Below, piece by piece: positions 1 to 7,022 of a stretch of DNA of 13,463 nt. The stretch spans positions 1-13,463 of the forward strand of contig JBDRQD010000074.1 of NCBI GenBank assembly GCA_043826455.1. Reading direction: 5' to 3'. Source of the stretch: Candidatus Bathyarchaeota archaeon. Lineage in GTDB: Archaea; Thermoproteota; Bathyarchaeia; TCS64. The notes below the pieces were generated by a model. The model had not been told where the DNA came from. It made no database searches and saw only the letters and a program-made list of their open reading frames with translations. Position 1 is the stretch's first letter, and each line of letters starts with the position of its first letter. The position numbers and the translations under genes were made by a program.

Positions 1-882
1 CGCGTAGCCAGTCTCAGAGAGCATGGTCTCCGTTTCTTCTTTGGTTAGAGGTGGGAACTGTTTGTTGAAGTTGCTTTCGCAGAATGATTTGATGGCTTTG
101 ATTACTGGTTCTGGGTGTGAGACTGGTACAAAGTGGTTAGCTCCCTTGATCTCTACAACGCTCAAATAGCTATTAGCCACTATCATCCGCTTCATCTCCT
201 CAACGGGAAGCATGCTATATTCACCCCATACCAGAAGAATAGGTGCCTTAATACCTGTGAAGCACTTCCACAGATCAAGGTCCTTCCTGATGTTAAGCCT
301 TCGACTGTGATGAGACAAAGGATAAACGCGACCCTCATCATCCCTCCGGGAATACCTCAGACTCTCCTCAACGTATCGCCTTGGAGGAACATCTGATAGC
401 GTGGTATACTTGTTTAAGAGGAAATCAACCGCTTCCTCTTCACTTTTAAAGGAGGAAGGGGTGTTCTCAGGGTCTTGAGGAGTAGGCTTAGTGTAGGTTA
501 CCGGTATTATATCTATGAGTACAACCTTCTCAACCTCCATTGGATAGCTGTCCGCTAAAACCATGGATAGCCAACCACCGAAAGACCATCCGATTAACGT
601 TACCTTCCCGAATCCTTTTCGTTGAGCTGCCTTATGTAGAATTGATACGTGCTCTTTGAACCCTATAGTGGTTTTAGGGTCGTCGCTTTGTGCATGTCCA
701 ATCATGTCGAAAGCTATGATGTGGTATCTGTCGCTAAGCGCGTCTCCGATGGTTTGTAGGTCGTGGGCGGAGCAGTATGGCGCTGATCCATGTAATAGTA
801 TGAGGCCTTTTCCCTGTTTACCCCATTCTAAGTAGTGTAGATTGTATCCGTCTACGTTGATGAATCCTTCAGAATAGCCCAC
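1..882 (-). CDS. Alpha/beta-fold hydrolase, 3'-partial (runs off the window), probably fused to a C-terminal domain
   Basis: Not in the ORF track because it has no stop inside the window. Manual translation from GTG at 882 gives MGYSEGFINVDGYNLHYLEWGKQGKGLILLHGSAP...AFDMIGHAQSD...LIGWSFGGW (GxSxG nucleophile)...PILLVWGEYS...GANHFVPVSHPEPVIKAIKSF. The frame stays open to position 1. An alternative TTG start lies at 894. Confidence 0.88.
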   Translation of the reverse strand, partial: MGYSEGFINVDGYNLHYLEWGKQGKGLILLHGSAPYCSAHDLQTIGDALSDRYHIIAFDMIGHAQSDDPKTTIGFKEHVSILHKAAQRKGFGKVTLIGWSFGGWLSMVLADSYPMEVEKVVLIDIIPVTYTKPTPQDPENTPSSFKSEEEAVDFLLNKYTTLSDVPPRRYVEESLRYSRRDDEGRVYPLSHHSRRLNIRKDLDLWKCFTGIKAPILLVWGEYSMLPVEEMKRMIVANSYLSVVEIKGANHFVPVSHPEPVIKAIKSFCESNFNKQFPPLTKEETETMLSETGYA

Positions 883-1007
883 TACCTCAACCAATCACAT
901 TTCACAGAATATTTGTTAGTGTGATGGTTTGGATAAGATTATGCCCTCTCAGCCTCTATTCTCTATTCACTGTAAAGAGTTAAATCAGCCTCAACCATCA
1001 CCTGATT

Positions 1008-1529
1008 ATGGCTTCTACTGCAACTAACCCGAAGTGGAAGAAGAAGGTGAACATCGCCTACGAGGAGTATTTTAACCCGCCTTGGTTCATACCCCACAAA
1101 GGGATCGTGAAGATAGCAAAGGAGCTGGAGAAGGAGCTTGGAAAGGAAAAAGCTCACCAAATAATTAGCAGATGCGCCGACGAACTAGCAACATCAAACA
1201 TGAGTGCTCGTGAGGGGCCCCCTGAGGAAATCATGGAAGCGTGAAGGAAGCTCATCGAGCCGACCTCACCCATCTTCGCCCACGCCTTGGAAACGGAGTT
1301 CATCGACGACACGCCCCATACAGTGAAGATGCGGGTCAAGGAATGTCTCTGGGCCAAGAGCTTCAGAGAGATGGGGGCAGCGGACATAGGCTTCCTCTGG
1401 GAGTGCAAAACAGATTACGCCGCCGCTACGGCGTTCCACCCCAAGTTAAAGCTCTGGCGAGACAAGACCCTGATGCAGGGAGATGATTGTTGCGAGTTCT
1501 GCTGGACGTGGGAGGAAGACGACAAGTAA
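1008..1529 (+). pseudogene. L-2-amino-thiazoline-4-carboxylic acid (ATC) hydrolase-family protein interrupted by an in-frame TGA at 1242-1244
   Basis: ORFs 1008-1244 and 1287-1529 share one frame, separated only by TGA (EIMEA*RKLIEPTSPIFAHALETEF). Family motifs: ELGKEKAHQII, VKECLWAKSFREMGAADIG...CKTD and RDKTLMQGDDCCEF. Confidence 0.75.
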
Positions 1530-1554
1530 AAAGAGTTTAGAAGTTACTAGAAGG

Positions 1555-2153
1555 CTACGCGCGCCTTCCAGAGCTCGTAATGGTCGATGTGTTCATAGAC
1601 TTCAATGGGCTATCCTGTGCACGCACTTGTTCCCCAAGTTCATAGTACTTGAACTGAAACGCCGTCATAGGGCTCAACTTCGTAAGGTTGAGCCCCCCAT
1701 CCTCATTGAGGACACCCTCATGGGCTTGTACTGCCTTGATTTCACCGAAAAAGAACTCGTGACCACCCAAATCCACTGATTGTGCTATACTGCACTCGAT
1801 GTTTAAAGGGAACTCCCAGATACAGGGCGATGACACACTGTGAGCCATAGGCGTCAACCCACATTCCTTGAACTTTCGACCTTCCGCCCCGAATGCGAGC
1901 CACAATACTCGACGACCCCCACGTGTTTCTTGGACGGCACATTGATGACGAAGCTATCTCCCTCAGCCATGATCCCGTAACTATACCTTGAATGTCCTAT
2001 AGCGACACCCCACATCGGTGGATCGTGGCATGCACCGGAGACGGCGCTCACAGTAATAAGATTAGGTTTAGAGCCGTCAGGAAGCGAACATGAAACAACT
2101 ACAACGGGAAGAGGAAAATCCATCCTCAACGCAACAGGAAGATCAACCTTCAT
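1555..2153 (-). pseudogene. Flavin reductase-like (flavoredoxin/DIM6-NTAB family) protein with a 1-nt frameshift near 1875
   Basis: N-terminal half: FPLPVVVVSC...PNLITVS...PPMWGVAIGHSRYSY...FVINVP...YCGSHSGRKV. C-terminal half: KFKECGLTP...PCIWEFPLNIEC...LGGHEFFFGEI. One extra base restores the family motif SGRKV(D/E)KF. Likely start is ATG 2153 (MKVDLP). Confidence 0.8.
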
Positions 2154-2438
2154 GTAATCCATAAAAGTAATCATGTCAGCGCAAGGTAAGAAATTTTATT
2201 CACACACCATTTAACATCATTTTACGCACAAAAAAACGCCACCCATCAAAATTTGGTTTAGCTAAATGCAACCCGAAAAAACTCATATTCTTCCACACAG
2301 CTGTCAGACCCCAGTCGAACAAGAACACCCCAAGCGGCGAAGACCAGCCACCCCCACCACCGCCCAAAAAACCCCTAAAAAACCTCCGATCAACAAAAAA
2401 AAGCCTTAAAAAGGGGAATCGCGGTGGCGGTGATGGGA

Positions 2439-2466
2439 CCCCCCCCCCCCTCCCCCCCACGTGCAC
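2439..2466. other. C12-T-C7 tract (G-string on the minus strand) abutting CACGTGCAC; ORB-like or G-quadruplex-prone element
   Basis: The tract is directly visible at 2439-2458, followed by overlapping palindromes CACGTG and GTGCAC. Any function is inference only. Confidence 0.35.
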
Positions 2467-2550
2467 ACACACAAACAAACAAAGCCCACAGAACCACCCA
2501 CCCAAAACACTCACACCAAGCCACCAAGAAAAACAGCAACCAGTGCAACG

Positions 2551-2558
2551 TTTTTATA
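2551..2558 (+). promoter_or_regulatory. Putative TATA box of the rps8e operon
   Basis: TTTTTATA about 40 nt upstream of the rps8e ATG. Confidence 0.5.
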
Positions 2559-2598
2559 CAGCCTCCAAGACTAAAGCCCTAACCAAGAGGAAACCACG

Positions 2599-2982
2599 AT
2601 GGCCTGGCACGACACACTCACAAAGAAAAAACAGACAGGCGGAAAGAAAAGAGCCTACAGAAGCAAACGCATCTTCGACCAAGGCAGAGCCCCCGTCGAA
2701 ACCGTCCTCGGAGAAACCAAACGCAAAACCGTCAAAGGCCGCAGCCGCATGGAGAAGACCAAGATCGTCAAAGCCAGCATGGTCAACGTCTCCGACCCCG
2801 CCACAGGCAAGACCGAGAACCTGGAGATACTGGACGTCATCAGCAACCCGGCCAAAGCCGACTACAACAGGCGCGGCGTCATAACCAAGGGCACCATCGT
2901 CCGCACCGAGAAAGGACTCGCCAGAATCATCTCCAGACCCGGACAGGACGGCGCCCTCAACGCCGTCGTCGAGGAAAAGTAA
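2599..2982 (+). CDS. rps8e: 30S ribosomal protein S8e (eS8)
   Basis: 127 aa. KKKQTGGKKRAYRSKR at the N-terminus, NPAKADYNRRGVITKGTIVRTEKGLARIISRPGQDGALNAV at the C-terminus (S8e signature). Confidence 0.97.
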   Translation: MAWHDTLTKKKQTGGKKRAYRSKRIFDQGRAPVETVLGETKRKTVKGRSRMEKTKIVKASMVNVSDPATGKTENLEILDVISNPAKADYNRRGVITKGTIVRTEKGLARIISRPGQDGALNAVVEEK

Positions 2983-3021
2983 GTTTCTTAGCCCCCCAAC
3001 CCCTGCAAGTACGTGACCCAG

Positions 3022-3297
3022 ATGAGAGGACGGGGCAAAATAAGACTCTGGCCAGCCTACTTCGACGCAGCCCTCAGCCGCGGACAGGGCAGAAGAGTAC
3101 CCAGAGATAAGGCCATACGCGACCCAACCCCAGAAACCATAGAGAAGGCCGCCCAGAGACTAGGACTCAACCCCACAGCGGAGCCAGGCGCCGCCTACAG
3201 CAAACAGCCCTGGCGCAAAACCGGCCTCGTCCAAGTAGACAAAAAAGGCAAGAAAGCCGACATCATATTGAAAATAGCCCAGGAGCTGAGAAAGTGA
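3022..3297 (+). CDS. srp19: Signal recognition particle protein SRP19/Sec65
   Basis: LWPAYFDAALSRGQGRRVP...P..ETIEKAAQRLGL...YSKQPW..TGLV. Conserved position after rps8e. Start is ATG 3022 or GTG 3013. Confidence 0.93.
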   Translation: MRGRGKIRLWPAYFDAALSRGQGRRVPRDKAIRDPTPETIEKAAQRLGLNPTAEPGAAYSKQPWRKTGLVQVDKKGKKADIILKIAQELRK

Positions 3298-3566
3298 CAG
3301 CCACCCAGAGAATAGGAGAAGTCCTCCACAGGAGCAAAACAGGCAAACTCATCGTACGACTCCAAGCCGAGGCCAGAATAGGTCAGCCCGTCCTCGACAA
3401 ACGGGGAAAAAGAGTCGGCCAAGTCTTCGACATCTTCGGCCCCGTCACAGCCCCCTACGCCTCCATCAGGATGAAGGACGATGAGACGGGCCAGCCCGAC
3501 GAGCTATACCTCGGCGATAGGGCTGAGAGAGGGCCTCGACCTAAGAAGAGAAGGCAGAAACGCTAG
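3294..3566 (+). CDS. gar1: H/ACA RNP protein Gar1/Naf1 family
   Basis: IGEVLH...LIVR...IGQPVLDKRGKRVGQVFDIFGPVTAPYASI. GTGA overlap with the srp19 stop; basic tail. Confidence 0.9.
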   Translation: MTATQRIGEVLHRSKTGKLIVRLQAEARIGQPVLDKRGKRVGQVFDIFGPVTAPYASIRMKDDETGQPDELYLGDRAERGPRPKKRRQKR

Positions 3567-4747
3567 GCCTCGGGGTTCAGGTAGTCCCGGACCGCCACGA
3601 CCTCTCCGCCTCGGAGGTAGACCCTGGGGACCCTACGGGAGACGTTACAGACTATCTCCTCATTGATGCTACCCGCCCACTCCGCGACCTCCTCGATGTG
3701 GGGCGAGTTATCTGAGCCGTCGCCGAAGAGCACCACCTCGTCGTCGTCCTTCAAGTCCTCTATGTCTGTGACGTCAACCATGCACTGATCCATGCATACG
3801 CGGCCCACCACAGGCGCCCTGACCCCATTGATGGCGACCTGGCCCTTGTTGGTCAGACTTCTCCTGTAGCCGTCAGCGTACCCTATGGGGAGGGTGGCTA
3901 TCCGGCTCTCCCTCTCGGTCTTGAAGACTAGGCCATAGCTTATCCCCGCGCCCTTTGGGACGGTTTTGATGAGGGCGGGCTTCGCCTTCAGGGTCATGCA
4001 TATCTTACTGTCAATCCTTGTGTGCTCAGCGTCTTTCCCTGGGTGCAGCCCGTACAGGGCTGATCCCGGTCTCACCATGTCTAGGCTGTACTCGGGGAAG
4101 TCGATCAAGGCGGCGCTGTTGGATATGTGTTTTACGGGTATCTCGACGCCCCTTGACTCAAGGCCCTCGACGGTGGCCATGAACCTGTTGAACTGGACCC
4201 GAGTGTACGTCTTGTCCGCCTCATATGCCGTAGCGAAGTGAGAGTAAATGCCCTCAACCATGATCCCAGGTAGTGAGACGATCTTTTCCACGGCCTCAAC
4301 GGCCTCAGGCGACGCCGGGAAGCCTAGCCTACCGAGACCCGTGTCGAGTTTCACGTGAATCTTGGCCTCTTCACCTATCTCCTGCGCGGTCTCACTGAGG
4401 CTGCGGGCCTGCTCGACTTGGTATATGGTGGGCGTGACGCCGTGTCTTAGCATCCTGGTGTAGAGGTGCTTCTGGATGTATCCGAGGACAAGAATCTGGG
4501 CCTTCACCCCGTTGTTTCTAAGCTCGACTGCTTCGTCCAGGTTTGCTACAGCGAGACTGGTTGCCCCGTTCTTCAGAAAAGTCTTGGCCGCCATCGGCGC
4601 GCCATGCCCGTAGGCATCCGCTTTCACAGCCGCCATTATGGCGGCTGATCTGGGTGTTATGCGTCGTACCTCTCTGCAGTTATGGCTTAGGCGGTCGAGG
4701 CTGATCTCCGCCCATACAGGCCTCACGTTGTAGCTCTCAAGTGACAT
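3563..4747 (-). CDS. alr: Alanine racemase-family PLP enzyme (bacterial fold-type III); substrate may not be alanine
   Basis: RPVWAEISL, AAVKADAYGHG (PLP lysine), HVKLDTGLGRLG, SNSAA, MVRPG, ISYG (catalytic Tyr), PIGYADGY, GRVCMDQ and SRRVPR. The real start is ATG 4747 (394 aa), because the ORF-track extension runs through the tRNA. Confidence 0.92.
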   Translation of the reverse strand: MSLESYNVRPVWAEISLDRLSHNCREVRRITPRSAAIMAAVKADAYGHGAPMAAKTFLKNGATSLAVANLDEAVELRNNGVKAQILVLGYIQKHLYTRMLRHGVTPTIYQVEQARSLSETAQEIGEEAKIHVKLDTGLGRLGFPASPEAVEAVEKIVSLPGIMVEGIYSHFATAYEADKTYTRVQFNRFMATVEGLESRGVEIPVKHISNSAALIDFPEYSLDMVRPGSALYGLHPGKDAEHTRIDSKICMTLKAKPALIKTVPKGAGISYGLVFKTERESRIATLPIGYADGYRRSLTNKGQVAINGVRAPVVGRVCMDQCMVDVTDIEDLKDDDEVVLFGDGSDNSPHIEEVAEWAGSINEEIVCNVSRRVPRVYLRGGEVVAVRDYLNPEA

Positions 4748-4790
4748 GGGGAAACGTGAAGCCTCTGGGAATAAATCATGTTTGGCTGTG

Positions 4791-4866
4791 TGGCGCGGCC
4801 GGCAGGATTCGAACCCGCGGCCCCGGGTTCCGAAGACCCGTGCTCTATCCACTGAGCTACGGCCGC
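4791..4866 (-). tRNA. tRNA-Arg (anticodon TCG), intronless, CCA encoded
   Basis: GCGGCCG TA GCTC AGTGGATA GAGC A CGGGT CT-TCG-GA ACCCG GGGCC GCGGG TTCGAAT CCTGC CGGCCGC G CCA forms a complete cloverleaf. Confidence 0.97.
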
Positions 4867-4954
4867 CCAAGGGGAAAGGAATCCTAGCGCACAAAAGGAT
4901 TACCCTCTTCAGGTAATGATAAAACGGGGGACCCCACCAACATCAGTGAAGACC

Positions 4955-5416
4955 ATGAAGCAGGACCGCCTGGTGAATAGCGTCGAGCTCACCACCCTTG
5001 TACACGCCACTGAGGACGAGGCGAAGGTGAGGAGGGCTGTCCTTAACCTGTTCCCGACGGGCGCCGAGCCTCCCGCCTTCGAGGCCGTGAGCCTCACAGG
5101 ATACTTCGGCGACCCTTTAACCACCCTGAAGATGACGGTGAAGAACAGGAGGCCGGCCACGGAGCTTCTCGTACACGTGGTGACGCGGCTCAACTCCCTG
5201 GACCAGACAACTCTCATGGACGAGCTGCCCCAGAGGATCGACGAGACCAAGAACCTGTACATCAGGCTGGACAAGCAGAAGGCCCTCAGGGGCCAGATGG
5301 CTCTGGACGTGCACGACGCCATCAGGATCAAGGCCAAGCTCCATGTGCCCCATGGCCTGGACCCGGTCGAGACCATACGGAGATGCCTGGAGGACGCCGC
5401 GGGGGGCCAGCCATGA
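4955..5416 (+). CDS. Archaeal RNA-binding protein (DUF54 / exosome-superoperon associated)
   Basis: VHATEDEAKVRRAV, LTGYFGDPL and LYIRLDKQKA motifs; typical position upstream of rpp30. Start is ATG 4955 (alternative 4916). Confidence 0.88.
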   Translation: MKQDRLVNSVELTTLVHATEDEAKVRRAVLNLFPTGAEPPAFEAVSLTGYFGDPLTTLKMTVKNRRPATELLVHVVTRLNSLDQTTLMDELPQRIDETKNLYIRLDKQKALRGQMALDVHDAIRIKAKLHVPHGLDPVETIRRCLEDAAGGQP

Positions 5417-6087
5417 GGAGGTTCATGGACCTGCACCTTACGCCCAGACCAGGGCAAGGGGACGCGATGGTGTGGCGAGCCGGGGAGCTGGGCTACGCGG
5501 GGGTCGCCGTGGCGGGGGAAGCTGTGAAGGACGCAGGGAGGATCGAGGTCTACACAAGGATAGACCTGGAGCCGAGAAACCAGCAGCAGCTCACGGACCA
5601 ACTGAACAAGCATAGAAGAGGCTTCACCGTGGTCTCGGTAACCTGCACCACGAAGAGCGTCGCCAGGCAGGCGGCCAAGGACCACAGGGTGGACGTCATC
5701 AAGTATCCATCTGATCACAGGAGGAAGACTGTGTGGATGGACAGGCAGCAGGCCGCCCTGGCCGCGGAGTCGGGGTGCTGCTACGAGGTCGAGGCGGCTG
5801 AGCTCATGGCCCAGGAGCCGGGCGGGCTGGAGAAGACGCTGAAGACCCTCAGGAGGGAGCTGGAGAACGCCCTCAAACATGGTGTGCCCGTGGTCTTGTC
5901 AAGCGGAGCCTCCACCGTTCAAGGGCTGAGGGACCCCAGGAGCATGGCGTCCTTCATGCACCTGCTGGGCGTGGGCGAGGAGGATGCCCTGGACATGGTC
6001 TCCGATAACCCCTGGGCACTGGTGGAAAGAAACCGTGATAAGCTTTCAGGCCGCACTGTTCTACCAGGTGTAGCCAAGGTTGAGTGA
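5413..6087 (+). CDS. rnp3: Ribonuclease P protein component 3 (Rpp30)
   Basis: FMDLHL, AGELGY, VARQAAKDHRVDVI, AALAAESGCCYEV and VPVVLSSGASTVQGLRDPRSM motifs. ATGA overlap with the upstream gene. Confidence 0.9.
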   Translation: MRRFMDLHLTPRPGQGDAMVWRAGELGYAGVAVAGEAVKDAGRIEVYTRIDLEPRNQQQLTDQLNKHRRGFTVVSVTCTTKSVARQAAKDHRVDVIKYPSDHRRKTVWMDRQQAALAAESGCCYEVEAAELMAQEPGGLEKTLKTLRRELENALKHGVPVVLSSGASTVQGLRDPRSMASFMHLLGVGEEDALDMVSDNPWALVERNRDKLSGRTVLPGVAKVE

Positions 6088-6817
6088 CTACGCGACTGTA
6101 GACATCCTGGTCCACTGCTTCTACCATAGGGTGGGCCTCCACAGGGGCCACCCTATACTGAGCGTCAGCTGGCCCCTTTCCCCCATGCCCCTACAGGAGA
6201 TAAACGAGGTGTACCACGGCATGGTGTTCAGCCTAGGGAGCACCAACACGGTGCTCATCAGGGACGGGGACACCACCATAGTCCACGACCCGGGTATACT
6301 TCAGCTGGGCCGCTATGGGACGTTGAAGATGAGGATGGCTGAGCTGGGGCTGGCCCCCGAGGACGTGGACCTTGTGATCAACAGCCACTGCCACTACGAC
6401 CACACGGAGGCAAATTACCTGTTCAAGGGCAAACCGCTGCTGGTTCACGAGGAGGAGGTCAAGTACAGCGACCAGCTGTATTGGCCAGAGTTCACTGCAG
6501 CCTTCATGGGGATCATGGACGTGCAGAAGTTCAGGGGCAGCAGGAAGGTCTCGGACCACGTCAGGATCATCGAGACGGTGGGCCACACGCCGGGCAGCAT
6601 CACGACACTGGTGGACACGGAGGAGGGCCTGGTGGCGCTGGTGGGGGACGCGGTCATCGTCAAGGAGGATCTGCTGGAGCTGAGGCCCCCCAGCGTGGTC
6701 ACCAAGAACATAGCTGCGGAGGTAGCCGTGGACAGCCTGAAGAAGATCAGGGCCCTGAACCCGGTGACGGTCATCCCGGGGCATGACGCCCCCTTCTCTC
6801 CGCAAGGTTTAAAATAG
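6080..6817 (+). CDS. Metallo-beta-lactamase-fold hydrolase (MBLAC1/AHL-lactonase-like)
   Basis: HDPG, SHCHYDH (HxHxDH), GHTPGS, VGDA and IPGHD metal-binding motifs. The TTG start overlaps the rpp30 stop by 8 nt. Confidence 0.88.
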   Translation: MSDYATVDILVHCFYHRVGLHRGHPILSVSWPLSPMPLQEINEVYHGMVFSLGSTNTVLIRDGDTTIVHDPGILQLGRYGTLKMRMAELGLAPEDVDLVINSHCHYDHTEANYLFKGKPLLVHEEEVKYSDQLYWPEFTAAFMGIMDVQKFRGSRKVSDHVRIIETVGHTPGSITTLVDTEEGLVALVGDAVIVKEDLLELRPPSVVTKNIAAEVAVDSLKKIRALNPVTVIPGHDAPFSPQGLK

Positions 6818-6848
6818 TCGGGTTGGATAGCTTCGAAAGTGAAGTAGT

Positions 6849-7022
6849 ATGCCAACACACGGCTCACTGACTAAGGCGGGTAAGGTGCGGGCCCAGACCC
6901 CCAAGATCGAGGGCACTCCTAAGAAGAACCCGGCGCCTAAGAAGAGGAACAGGATGAACTATGCGAAGAGGGTTATCTACTCACCGGACCGCTTTGACCG
7001 TAGGCGCTCTAACCCTTATTAG
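6849..7022 (+). CDS. rps30e: 30S ribosomal protein S30e (eS30)
   Basis: 57 aa, below the ORF-track cutoff: [57 protein letters not shown]. [16 protein letters not shown] is the S30e signature. Confidence 0.96.
   Translation: MPTHGSLTKAGKVRAQTPKIEGTPKKNPAPKKRNRMNYAKRVIYSPDRFDRRRSNPY

Noticed and set aside
1870..1880. Programmed -1 frameshift in the flavin reductase gene
   Set aside because: There is no X XXY YYZ heptamer, and CGA AAG is not in the zero frame. A single-base deletion or sequencing error is simpler.
2429..2445. GGTGATGGGACCCC as a fluoride riboswitch start
   Set aside because: The P1 partner and the downstream GCTGATGAC-type element are missing, and there is no fluoride exporter nearby.
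2200..2514. 104-aa minus-strand ORF rich in G/F/V
   Set aside because: Low-complexity product of the skewed homopolymeric DNA, with no recognisable motif.
2175..2598. SRP RNA or RNase P RNA gene near srp19
   Set aside because: No SRP helix 8 motif and no RNase P GAGGAAAGTCC-like core on either strand.
3540..4800. Integrative element bounded by att repeats at tRNA-Arg
   Set aside because: No duplication of the tRNA 3' end near gar1, and no integrase or transposase in the window.
4748..4894. 49-aa N-terminal extension of the racemase in the ORF track
   Set aside because: It runs through the tRNA-Arg gene. Alr homology begins at MSLESYNVRPVW (ATG 4747).
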